Below are positions 18,757 to 28,168 of a DNA stretch of 34,268 nucleotides, one piece after another. Made by a program: the position numbers and the translations under genes. Position 1 is the first letter of the stretch. Every line of letters starts with the position of its first letter. The notes beneath the pieces are model-generated. The model was not told the origin of the DNA, did not search any database, and saw only the letters and a list, made by a program, of their open reading frames with translations. This DNA comes from Candidatus Latescibacterota bacterium (GTDB taxonomy: Bacteria; Latescibacterota; UBA2968), in contig JAYODI010000025.1 in NCBI GenBank assembly GCA_038279365.1, forward strand, positions 29,754-64,021. Direction: 5' to 3'.

Positions 18757-19752
18757 ATGACTTGGATAAATGTGGCCAGTCAAGTAAGAAGTGTGTTGGC
18801 AACAGATGGTGGCGAAGATCTTCAGGTGGGTTTAGATGCATTTGATGATTTAGAACGTTTGTTGCGAATCTATCTGCCAGAGGTTTTTGGCCACCCTGAG
18901 GTGCTTCTTTGTTTGGAAAAAACGGCTGTGGTGAACTTGTTGGCAAAGGGCAATTCCCTAAATGTGATTGTGCATGGTGTGTTGGACATGCTCTATGATG
19001 TGCTTGAGGGTAAGGTAGCGCCCATTGCTTTAAAAAGACATAAACCAAAGTTTGTTGCCACCCAAAAAGAACACAAGCTCAAGCCAATTGCCGACAGTAT
19101 AAGTGAAATATTTGAGCAATTATTCAATTGTGAGGCGTCCTATAAGTTGGAAGCTCAGCCTGCTTGGCTACTCAGTGTGCCCGATCAAAACGTTTATAAA
19201 GATGTGTGGGATGATGTGTCTGTGGTATATGAAACGCTTGTAGAGGGTGGGTGGACATTATCTGATCGTTTACAGGCATTTTCTGGCAAATTGAGAAGTG
19301 GACAGCAGCGGGTAGATATTTGGTTTGAGGAACCATTTAACTGCATTGTGGAATTTGACGAGACACAGCACTTTAATCAGTTTAGATACAAAACCTTGCA
19401 GGCGTGGGAGGGATATGCAAAGTGTCTTGCCAATTACGATCATTATTTGGCATTGGCTGAAGCGACTTTTATTCCTCCTGGTAAGAGCCCGTTTCAACGC
19501 CTAAAAAGTTTCGATCCTTTGTTTCCACCCGTATTGGATGGAGACGCACAAGATAACCGCATGCGCCAACGGGCGTTTCGGGATTTTTTGAAAGATATTA
19601 CACCGAAGGTGATGCCCAATATGAACCCAACCATTCGCATCAGTTATCGTGTTACAAATGGGCGTATTCGAGATTTTACGGCCGAGGATTTGAAGGCGGT
19701 TCAGACATATTTGGTGCGTGGTGGCGGGATAGAACAGATGCGATTGGGATAA
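18757..19752 (+). CDS. Hypothetical protein with restriction-endonuclease-like (Vsr/DUF559-like) C-terminal domain
   Basis: RVDIW...IVEFDETQHF and RQRAFRDFLKD resemble D...ExDxxQH...QxxRD nuclease motifs. Confidence 0.6.
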   Translation: MTWINVASQVRSVLATDGGEDLQVGLDAFDDLERLLRIYLPEVFGHPEVLLCLEKTAVVNLLAKGNSLNVIVHGVLDMLYDVLEGKVAPIALKRHKPKFVATQKEHKLKPIADSISEIFEQLFNCEASYKLEAQPAWLLSVPDQNVYKDVWDDVSVVYETLVEGGWTLSDRLQAFSGKLRSGQQRVDIWFEEPFNCIVEFDETQHFNQFRYKTLQAWEGYAKCLANYDHYLALAEATFIPPGKSPFQRLKSFDPLFPPVLDGDAQDNRMRQRAFRDFLKDITPKVMPNMNPTIRISYRVTNGRIRDFTAEDLKAVQTYLVRGGGIEQMRLG

Positions 19753-19806
19753 GGGCTTGTGCATTGGAATATGTTGGTGATAAGCTATTTTTTATGACCA
19801 TCAGGA

Positions 19807-19849
19807 ATAAAATGGCTGTGGATTTTTAGTGTTCACGGCCTTTTATTTT
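19807..19849 (+). terminator. Probable terminator
   Basis: GGCTGTGGA / TTCACGGCC stem with G-U pairs followed by TTTTATTTT. Confidence 0.5.
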
Positions 19850-20015
19850 GTGATATCAGGATTTTGAGGATTGGGCGTAGATGTTTGTCTTTTTTTCTGG
19901 CAATACTGTTATATATTCAAATGATTAATTTACAAGTAAATGCATGTAAACCAAGTTATGGATGTCGGGCCAGGAAAGGATGTTTTTGTGGGATTCTGTG
20001 TGAACTGGAGGCGAC

Positions 20016-21236
20016 ATGAACCGTAAAAAACGATTTTTGCTACAAGTGAGTGTTATTCTAATTGGTGGTTTTTTAACAACCAGTGTGGTGAGTTATATTA
20101 TGGCACGATCATCGGTGCGCGATCAAATTGTGCAGAGTGCCCTCCCCTTGACCAGTGACAATGTGTATTCGGAGATTCAACGCGACTTGCTCAAGCCCAT
20201 TTTTTTATCGTCACTCATGGCGCACGATACTTTTTTTCGCGATTGGGTGATTCAGGGTGAAAAAAATCAGACTGAAATGCAACGCTACCTCAAAGAGATG
20301 ATGGTAAAATACAATACGTTTACGAGCTTTTTTGTATCTGAAAAAACGAGAATTTATTATCACGCAGATGGTATTTTAAAAAAAGTGAAGGAAGAAGAGC
20401 CCAGAGATACGTGGTATTTTAGGGTTCGCCAAATGACTGCGGACTATGAAATTAATGTGGACCCCGATTTGGCCAATCAGGATGCGTTGACAATTTTTAT
20501 CAATCATCGGGTGTTTGATTATGATGGAAATTATTTAGGGGCCATAGGGGTTGGTTTGACCATTCGTGCTGTGTTGGATTTGATTGGTGATTATCAAGAA
20601 AAATACAACAGCAATATCTATTTTGTTGATGCAAAAGGACAAATCATTTTGCACAATGCCGATTTACCTGATGGCGTGGGAGACTTGGCTACGCTTGTTG
20701 GGTCAGGCACCGTTTTAGATACCATTTTGGCTTCAGAGACGCATCAATTTCAGTATGTTCGAAATGGTATGGTGGCCCATCTGCATACACGCTTTGTACC
20801 TGAGTTGAACTGGTATTTGCTTGTTGAGAAAATGGAAGAACAGGCCGTGAGTGGCATTTTTGATACGTTGATTTTGAACCTTGTGATGTGTGTGTTGATT
20901 ACGGGAGTGGTGATTATGTTGACGGCGTTTACCATCCACTCATATCAAAAAACCACCCAACAACAACAAACAGAGATCGAGACACAACACCAAGAATTGT
21001 CGGAAAAAAATGCACATTTGGAAAAAGCACTGAGTGAAGTAAAAACACTGAGTGGGTTGTTGCCCATATGTGCATCTTGTAAAAAGATTAGAGATGACAA
21101 GGGGCATTGGGAGAATTTGGAGTGGTATATTAAGGAACGCTCGCAGGCGGAATTTACGCATGGGATTTGCCCAGATTGTATGCATGATCTCTATCCTGAG
21201 TTTGCAAAAAAGCAAAAAAAAGATGAGAGGAGTTAA
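20016..21236 (+). CDS. Membrane-bound Cache-domain sensor with coiled coil and C-terminal Cys/His (putative Zn-binding) module
   Basis: Two TM helices flanking a Cache-like region (RDTWYF, IFINHRV.D..G..LGAIGVG, LNWYLLVE); tail LPICASCKKIR..W..E.Y..FTHGICPDC; GGAGG RBS. Confidence 0.85.
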   Translation: MNRKKRFLLQVSVILIGGFLTTSVVSYIMARSSVRDQIVQSALPLTSDNVYSEIQRDLLKPIFLSSLMAHDTFFRDWVIQGEKNQTEMQRYLKEMMVKYNTFTSFFVSEKTRIYYHADGILKKVKEEEPRDTWYFRVRQMTADYEINVDPDLANQDALTIFINHRVFDYDGNYLGAIGVGLTIRAVLDLIGDYQEKYNSNIYFVDAKGQIILHNADLPDGVGDLATLVGSGTVLDTILASETHQFQYVRNGMVAHLHTRFVPELNWYLLVEKMEEQAVSGIFDTLILNLVMCVLITGVVIMLTAFTIHSYQKTTQQQQTEIETQHQELSEKNAHLEKALSEVKTLSGLLPICASCKKIRDDKGHWENLEWYIKERSQAEFTHGICPDCMHDLYPEFAKKQKKDERS

Positions 21237-21237
21237 A

Positions 21238-23325
21238 ATGGACGATTTTGAAATCATCAAGGACAGAGTTATTGCTGAACTCATGAAAATGGAAATTGAA
21301 GATGATCGGGTTGAGGGCATTGTTAACAAAATGACTGAAGATGGCAGCTTTCCTGATATCAATTATGAAGATTTGAGCAGAACGGCAGGGTTTCCGCAAC
21401 GGCGGCACACATCTGCCTTGGTGTATTTGGCAAAAGCGTATCGCAAAGAAACGTCGGCCTATTTCGAAAGTGACACACTCAAAGAAACCATTACTTTGGG
21501 TTTTAAATATTGGGTGGATCATGATTTTTTTGGCGACAACTGGCACAACAATCAGATATCGACACCCGACAGTTTGGTTGATTTGATGTTGCTTATAGGC
21601 GATGAATTGCCCGCAGATTTGGTGGAAAAAGGACAGCCCATTATTGGCCGGGCACATATGGAGGCATCGGGTGCGCGCCCGAGTGGTGATCGAATTGTGA
21701 TTGCGGGTATTTTGGCAAAGAATCTGCTTTTTAAAAATGATCGGGAGCAATTTGGTGAGATCATCAAACTGATCGAAACCGAAGTGAAGTTTTCTACGGG
21801 CAGCCGAGGCATGCAACACGATTTTAGCTTTCACCACCGGGTGGATCGGGTCAACAATACGACGTCTTATGGGTATGGCAAATATGCCAATGCGTTTGGT
21901 GAGTGGTCTTTTTATGTGGCCAAAACGAAATATGCGTTTTCGGTGGAAAAGATCAATCATTTGATTGACTACTATTTGGAAGGCATATTCAAACAACAGG
22001 TTTACGGGATTTATACGGATGTAAGCGTTGTGAACAGAAGCATCACACACAAGGCCAAGTTTGAACCGCACAACACGCTTGAAATTGAGCGACTGTTGGA
22101 GAGCACGGATTATCGAAAAGATGAATTGGAAGAGGTGATTCGTTTGCGAAAGGGTGAAGTAAAACCCGCGCAGTCATTTGCAAAATTCTTTTGGCAAACA
22201 GAACACTTTGTCTTTCAACGGCCTAATTTTTATACCACGGTGCGGATGTTTTCGACCCGAAACAGAAATATGGAAGAACCGTATAACGGCCCAGGAAAAC
22301 CCACACACCACAGAGCCGATGGCACCAATTATTTGATGCGTAAGGGCGATGAATATCACAACATTTGGCCCGTGTATGATTGGCAGAAAATTTCGGGTAC
22401 AACCATTGTGCAAAAGCCGGCATTGCATCCCATAGAAGACATTCAGAAAGATGGCTGTACAGATTTTGTGGGTGCTGTGACGGATGGTTTGTTGGGCGCG
22501 GTTGCTTTTGATTTTATCAGCCCACACGATTTGGTACATGCCAAAAAGGGGTGGTTCTTTTTTGATCGTGAATATGTGTGTTTGGGTACAGGTATTGGGG
22601 CAAAGGGGCGGTTGCCTGTGGCAACGACTGTGAATCAGGCTTTGCTTCGGAGTGATGTGACGGTTTGCCAGGAGGGTGAGATTGAAACTTTGCCCGAAGG
22701 CAATCGTGCATTGGAAAATGTGACATGGGTACATCAGGATGAGGTTGGATATGTTTTTCCAAATGTTGCGACCGTTCAAGTATCCAATCAGATTCAAGAG
22801 GGGCGCTGGTCGGATATTACGGATGAAAAAAATATCTCTGATGAATTGATTCAGGAAAAAGTGTTTATGCTGTGGTTTGACCATGGAGAGCGTCCAGACA
22901 ATGCGTCGTATCAATATATGGTTGTGCCAAATATTTCAGTTGAAGAATTGAAAGACAATGCCAATCGCCCGATTGAGATTTTGGCCAATACGGTTGACAT
23001 TCAGGGTGTGAAGCATTTGGAGGATGAAGTTTGCCAAATTGCATTTTACAAGGCCGGTGAGGTGGCGGTTGCTGATGGAATAAAAATAGGCATAGACAGC
23101 CAAGGAATGGTTATGGCACACTTGCGCGGAGACAAGGTTGAACGGTTAACGGTTTCTGATCCTTCGCGAAAAATGCGCCGATTGACACTGACGGTTTCGG
23201 GTTTGTATGAGGCTCAGGGGGATCACTTTTTGGGCGTGGCAAACACGGAAGAGAACACGACGGTGTTTCGTATTGATTTGCCACAAGATGTGTATGCAGG
23301 GAAGAGCGTAACTGTTGTGTTATAA
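21238..23325 (+). CDS. Polysaccharide lyase family 8 (chondroitin AC/hyaluronate lyase-like)
   Basis: DGSFPDINY, NW.N.I..P, GMQHDFSFHH, GDEYHNIWPVYDWQKISGTT, FVGAVTDG, AKKGWFFF, TTVNQ, DHG..P.NASYQY; GAGGAG RBS gives start 21238. Confidence 0.92.
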   Translation: MDDFEIIKDRVIAELMKMEIEDDRVEGIVNKMTEDGSFPDINYEDLSRTAGFPQRRHTSALVYLAKAYRKETSAYFESDTLKETITLGFKYWVDHDFFGDNWHNNQISTPDSLVDLMLLIGDELPADLVEKGQPIIGRAHMEASGARPSGDRIVIAGILAKNLLFKNDREQFGEIIKLIETEVKFSTGSRGMQHDFSFHHRVDRVNNTTSYGYGKYANAFGEWSFYVAKTKYAFSVEKINHLIDYYLEGIFKQQVYGIYTDVSVVNRSITHKAKFEPHNTLEIERLLESTDYRKDELEEVIRLRKGEVKPAQSFAKFFWQTEHFVFQRPNFYTTVRMFSTRNRNMEEPYNGPGKPTHHRADGTNYLMRKGDEYHNIWPVYDWQKISGTTIVQKPALHPIEDIQKDGCTDFVGAVTDGLLGAVAFDFISPHDLVHAKKGWFFFDREYVCLGTGIGAKGRLPVATTVNQALLRSDVTVCQEGEIETLPEGNRALENVTWVHQDEVGYVFPNVATVQVSNQIQEGRWSDITDEKNISDELIQEKVFMLWFDHGERPDNASYQYMVVPNISVEELKDNANRPIEILANTVDIQGVKHLEDEVCQIAFYKAGEVAVADGIKIGIDSQGMVMAHLRGDKVERLTVSDPSRKMRRLTLTVSGLYEAQGDHFLGVANTEENTTVFRIDLPQDVYAGKSVTVVL

Positions 23326-23457
23326 AAAAGGATGTCTATTGAATAAAGAATAACGCCCATCATTATAGATTGCAATGATTGGTCATGCACGCATCGGGTT
23401 TTATTGGATGGTGTATAAACTCATTTTGATGAACAACTTGAAACAGGAGCATTGAAT

Positions 23458-25668
23458 ATGTATCCAGAAAAAGAAGCCAATTTGCTCGAGGCATTTTCGC
23501 CCGTTGAACCCATTTTTACGGTGGATGTGGATTATATCCGTCGGGCGCGTTTTTTGGCCAAGCAGGAAGACAGCCCATGTGGGCAGGCACTTAAAGCCTT
23601 GCTTGTGGATGCAGATGCCGCATTGAATCAAGAACCGTTGACCATTGTGAACAAACCCATTTTGCCAAATAGTGGTGACATACACGATTATATGAGTGTG
23701 GGGCCTTATTGGTGGCCAGACCCCAACAAGCCCGATGGATTGCCCTATATTCGACGCGATGGCGAGCGCAACCCTGAGGTTGCAAAAACGGATCGACCTT
23801 TGTTGGCAAAGCTTGTATCAACCGTGAAAACGCTGGGGTTTGCATATGGTTTGACACAGCGCGAAGATTATGCAAAACATGCGGCGTTGTTGTTGCGCAC
23901 ATGGTTTTTGGATGCAGATACAAAGATGAACCCCAACCTTTTGTTTGGGCAGGCGATTCCGGGCATTTGTGACGGGCGAGGGATTGGGCTGATTGAAACG
24001 GCTGCGTTTGCGCGTGAGTTGCTTCCTGCGGTGAGCTTTTTGCAAGGCTCAAAAAATTGGTCAGACAACGATATGGCTGGTTTGCAGAAATGGTTTCATG
24101 CGTTTTTGGAATGGATGTTGACGCATCCTTATGGCATAGACGAAGCGCGTCATGGCAACAACCATTCGAATGCGTATGATGTGCAGGTGGTGACGTATGC
24201 CTTTTTTGTGGGGCAACCCGATCTTGCACGCAGGATTTTGGAAGGTGTGGGAGACAGACGAATTGCGGTTCAAATTGAAACAGATGGGCAACAACCCAAA
24301 GAGCTTGCACGCACAAAGGCATTTGGGTATGCGACGATGAATTTGGCCCTGCTTTTGGAACTTGCAGAAATTGGCCGACAGTGGGGGATTGATCTGATCA
24401 ATTATGAATCTGCGGATGGGCGTTCTTTAAAACGGGCTTTCGATTGGCTATTGCCCTATTGGAAAGGCGAGCAAGAATGGACTTTGCCACAGATTCAACC
24501 CATGTCGTGGTCGGGGGCTTTTGAATGTATGCGGCTTGCGGCTTACCATTATTTGAATATGGATTTTGAACCTGTTGAAGCCGAATTGGCAGGTATGGAT
24601 GCAGGGGAGAAAGCACAACAATTTTACAACCTTTTGGTGCCGCCATTTGAAGGCAGTGGATTGCATGCACTCCCAATAGGTAAAGATGTTGTTTTTCGAG
24701 CGTCTAAAGTTTTGGTTCGGCCAGAATTTCAGAATGGCAACGGAGATCTGCAAGACGATCCAGAATTTACAAACGGCGAGCCAACGCTGAGCAAAGCCGA
24801 AGTGGCATTTTTTAAAGAAAACGGATTCCTTGTTAAACGTGGTTTGTTAAACGAGCCGGAGACGTTTGCACGGATTGTGGATTATGTGTGGGAGCAGGTG
24901 CCACGTGGGCTGGTCAAACGCGACGCCCCCAAAACGTGGATTGATGCACCACAAGGAGAGTGGACAGAGGCAGATGCTGAAAATGCTGGACCATTTAGGC
25001 GGGGCTCTTGGAAGTTGCGTTCTCGTACATTTGGAACGGAGCCTGTGTTTGTCGATAAAATTGCCAACCACCCACGTATGCGGGCATTGGTTTCCAAGTT
25101 TATTGGAGAGCCCGTGAGATATGCAAACAGGGTGCGGGGTGTTTATTGCATTTTCCCAAAATCACCCGATAGAGACGCACAATTGGGGCCTCATGGTGAC
25201 CATACGGGTGCGCAGCTTTCTGCAATGGTTTTTGTAGATACTGTGCCACCACACTGTGGGGGCTTTACCATTTGGCCAGGGTCTCATTACATGAGCCACA
25301 TTTATCACACGACGGTTCATGGGCCTTTGGACCCTGAACGTGCAGACCAATATATGATGGCCCGTGACGCTTTGTTAAAAGAGGTCGCACCTGTGCAGTT
25401 TTCGGGGAAAGCGGGCGATGTTGTTTTCTGGCACCCGCGTCTTGTTCACGGACCGGGTGTGAATTATTCTGCTGAGCACGATAAGCCAGTGGTGCGCTAC
25501 ATTGTGCCCTGTGAGTATCAAAAAGATGGGCTGACGTCGTATTTTAATCTGTCTCATGGCCCTGCACCCAACCGACAGTGGTGGGTAGATACCAAAAATT
25601 TTAGAGAAGATTTACCTGCAACAGAGGATAATGTGTGGGATGGGTGGGCGTTTGATGTGGGGCAATAA
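23458..25668 (+). CDS. Fusion protein: N-terminal alginate-lyase (PF05426-type, PL38-like) domain + C-terminal PhyH-like Fe(II)/2OG oxygenase
   Basis: N-part: SGDIHDYMSVGPYWWPDP, DGERNPE, WF....MNPNL, NNH, ELART..Y..NL. C-part: FFKENGFLVKRGL, HGD, GGFTIWPGSH, AGDVVFWHPRLVH, Arg. Single open frame; AGGAG RBS before ATG 23458. Confidence 0.88.
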   Translation: MYPEKEANLLEAFSPVEPIFTVDVDYIRRARFLAKQEDSPCGQALKALLVDADAALNQEPLTIVNKPILPNSGDIHDYMSVGPYWWPDPNKPDGLPYIRRDGERNPEVAKTDRPLLAKLVSTVKTLGFAYGLTQREDYAKHAALLLRTWFLDADTKMNPNLLFGQAIPGICDGRGIGLIETAAFARELLPAVSFLQGSKNWSDNDMAGLQKWFHAFLEWMLTHPYGIDEARHGNNHSNAYDVQVVTYAFFVGQPDLARRILEGVGDRRIAVQIETDGQQPKELARTKAFGYATMNLALLLELAEIGRQWGIDLINYESADGRSLKRAFDWLLPYWKGEQEWTLPQIQPMSWSGAFECMRLAAYHYLNMDFEPVEAELAGMDAGEKAQQFYNLLVPPFEGSGLHALPIGKDVVFRASKVLVRPEFQNGNGDLQDDPEFTNGEPTLSKAEVAFFKENGFLVKRGLLNEPETFARIVDYVWEQVPRGLVKRDAPKTWIDAPQGEWTEADAENAGPFRRGSWKLRSRTFGTEPVFVDKIANHPRMRALVSKFIGEPVRYANRVRGVYCIFPKSPDRDAQLGPHGDHTGAQLSAMVFVDTVPPHCGGFTIWPGSHYMSHIYHTTVHGPLDPERADQYMMARDALLKEVAPVQFSGKAGDVVFWHPRLVHGPGVNYSAEHDKPVVRYIVPCEYQKDGLTSYFNLSHGPAPNRQWWVDTKNFREDLPATEDNVWDGWAFDVGQ

Positions 25669-25790
25669 GTCTTTGAATGGAACACGCATATTGGCGCAAT
25701 GCGAGGAATTGGCCTGACAGAAAGCATACGCGGTGGTCATCTCACCGGCTTCTCATAATAATCCCAATGGCAAGGAAAAGGGAGCTTTTT

Positions 25791-26876
25791 ATGGAAATAA
25801 AACGTGTTGTAAACGATACAAAGCCTAACCAACAGTCTCAACCCAACAGACCACCTACCGAATCTGGGGGGGCGTTGCCCGTGCAGGTTTATGATTTGGA
25901 GTTGCCTGGTTGTCGAGATGTTCAACTTTCTCCAGAGGAAATTGAACATTTTAAGACGAATGGGTTCATTGTCAAAAAAGGTTTGATCGATCCCGCCGAT
26001 TTGGAACGTGTGGTGGACAGCGTTTGGTCGGCTGCGGCGGAACTTGGATTCCCATTTGATCGGAACGACCCTGCCACTTACACCTTGCCGAAGGATCACG
26101 GTTTGTTTCCTAAGACCGAGCCAAAGCATACGTATAACGATGGTGCTGGCATACCCAATTATTTTGGGGGATCTCTGAGTGGTTGGACTTGGCGGCACTA
26201 CACACCTGTGACGCAAGATTGGTTTTTGGAGTGCACGGCAAGACACCCAAATATGCAGGCGGTGGTGCGTCAATTTCTGGGCAACAATGTGCGTCCTTCA
26301 CGGCGATGCCGAGGGCTCTATCTGGTTTTTCCACAACCCCGCGAACAGGAACATGCACCCACATTATCGCCCCATACTGATGGGATTGCAAGCCAGTTAA
26401 ATTGCATGATATATGCTGCCGATTGCCCACCCGATGGTGGGGGATTTACCTTGTGGCCAGGGAGCCATCGCAGTTGTTATTATCATATGGAGACGGAATA
26501 CAATTGGGAGCCCCAAGCGGGATACAATGAAATGATGGCCGAAGTTAGGGCAACCGTTGCCCCTGTTCAAATTGCGGGAGAGGCTGGAGACTGTTGTTTT
26601 TGGCATCCACGTGCCATGCATTCTGCAGGCGTGAACACATCTTCTCAATTGCGGGTAGTGGTTCCTTGTGATTTTCAGCAGGACAAACCCACTCAAGAAT
26701 TGCCTCCATATTCGGGGTATTCTCTTCGAACGGCCAAAGAAACGGGCAAATCGCTGTTACCAGAGGATTCGGGTAAGGAAGAGGGATTGAGGATGCAGTG
26801 GTGGATTGACACACGTGAATTTATAGACCCCGACTTGCCTCCCCGTGCTGATATGTGGGAAGATTGGGCCATTTGA
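25791..26876 (+). CDS. PhyH-like Fe(II)/2OG oxygenase, paralogous to the upstream fused domain
   Basis: HFKTNGFIVKKGL, HTD (26373-26381), GGFTLWPGSH, AGDCCFWHPRAMHSAGVN, R; GGGAG RBS before 25791. Confidence 0.88.
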   Translation: MEIKRVVNDTKPNQQSQPNRPPTESGGALPVQVYDLELPGCRDVQLSPEEIEHFKTNGFIVKKGLIDPADLERVVDSVWSAAAELGFPFDRNDPATYTLPKDHGLFPKTEPKHTYNDGAGIPNYFGGSLSGWTWRHYTPVTQDWFLECTARHPNMQAVVRQFLGNNVRPSRRCRGLYLVFPQPREQEHAPTLSPHTDGIASQLNCMIYAADCPPDGGGFTLWPGSHRSCYYHMETEYNWEPQAGYNEMMAEVRATVAPVQIAGEAGDCCFWHPRAMHSAGVNTSSQLRVVVPCDFQQDKPTQELPPYSGYSLRTAKETGKSLLPEDSGKEEGLRMQWWIDTREFIDPDLPPRADMWEDWAI

Positions 26877-27051
26877 TTGGGCATCTTAAACCCAAAAGCA
26901 ACACGGGGGGGACGGGTTTGAATAGCGCTTGAGCGAATAAAAAAAGGATGGTATATTTTCTGACCATATATGCGAAAATGTGCGTTTTTTTTGTTCGCAT
27001 GGGTCCATATTTTTGCGGACCAAGTTTTGTAAACACAAAGGAGAAGAAACG

Positions 27052-28032
27052 ATGATTCAAATTGCAGAAGCCCTTGGGCCACATCCTACATCATTGTGGA
27101 AAATGGTCAAACAAAGTGGCGTAGATTATGTTGTGGGTGGCATGGATATGAGCCTGATGGATGCCCGCAGCAAAGAGGATCTGCCTTGGGGGTATATGTC
27201 GCTGATGCGCCTCAAAACGCGCTACGAGGATGCTGGTTTTCAGTTTGATGTGTTGGAAAGCCGCCCCCCTTTAACAAAAGCCAAATTGGGTTTGCCTGGA
27301 CGAGATGAAGAGATCGAGACGGTTATTGACTTGCTGACCAATATGGGCAAGTTGGGCATTGGGGTTTGGTGTTATGAGTGGATGCCTGTGATGAACTGGT
27401 TGCGCACATCTTCGACGATTCAAACCCGTGGGGGTGCTTATGTGACCGGATATGACCACGACCTGATGAAAGATGCCCCATTGACCGAATATGGTGAAGT
27501 TTCGGAAGAGAAGCTGTGGGAAACGCTTGAATACTTTCTCAAAGCCACTTTGCCTGCTGCTGAAAAAGCGGGTGTGAAGATGTCGATGCATCCTGATGAT
27601 CCACCACTTTCTCCCATTCGGGGATTGGGGCGCATCATGCGCAGTGTTGAAAATTATCAGCGTTTGATTGATCTGGTGCCCAGCCCAGCCAATACCATTA
27701 CCATGTGTCAGGGTAACTTCACTTTGATGACCGAAGATTTGCCCTCTGTGATCCGAGATTTTGGTAAAAAGGATAAGATCTCCTTTGTTCACTTTAGGGA
27801 TGTTAAGGGCACGGTGACAAAGTATCAGGAAACCTTTCACGACGAAGGCAAGACCAATATGCTGGCGTGTATGGAGGCCTACCGGGACATTGGATTTGAC
27901 GGTGTGTTACGCCCAGATCACGTGCCGACCATGGAAGGGGACAGCAACGAAAGAGCCGGCTATTCATCTATTGGGCGATTGTTTGCGATTGGATACATTA
28001 AAGGTTTGCGAGAAGCCGTTTATGCCAAATAG
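27052..28032 (+). CDS. uxuA: Mannonate dehydratase family protein
   Basis: [60 protein letters not shown] before 27052. Confidence 0.9.
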   Translation: MIQIAEALGPHPTSLWKMVKQSGVDYVVGGMDMSLMDARSKEDLPWGYMSLMRLKTRYEDAGFQFDVLESRPPLTKAKLGLPGRDEEIETVIDLLTNMGKLGIGVWCYEWMPVMNWLRTSSTIQTRGGAYVTGYDHDLMKDAPLTEYGEVSEEKLWETLEYFLKATLPAAEKAGVKMSMHPDDPPLSPIRGLGRIMRSVENYQRLIDLVPSPANTITMCQGNFTLMTEDLPSVIRDFGKKDKISFVHFRDVKGTVTKYQETFHDEGKTNMLACMEAYRDIGFDGVLRPDHVPTMEGDSNERAGYSSIGRLFAIGYIKGLREAVYAK

Positions 28033-28127
28033 TCAATTGGATTATCGCTGAAGATTGAACAGATATTGACCGAAGAGAATGGGGCGCGGTGTTCCCCTAT
28101 TTGTGTAAACTGTGTGCATATTTGGGC

Positions 28128-28168
28128 ATAAAAAAACCGCGCGTCTTTTATGATGCGCGGTTTTTTAT
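28128..28168. terminator. Bidirectional-type terminator hairpin
   Basis: AAAAAACCGCGCGTC-ttttat-GATGCGCGGTTTTTT downstream of uxuA. Confidence 0.8.

Noticed and set aside
21052-21237. N-terminal extension of PL8 in the ORF track (similarly 3299, 14986, 25677, 26980 starts)
   Set aside because: It overlaps the upstream gene's conserved tail; downstream ATGs with clear RBSs fit better in each case.
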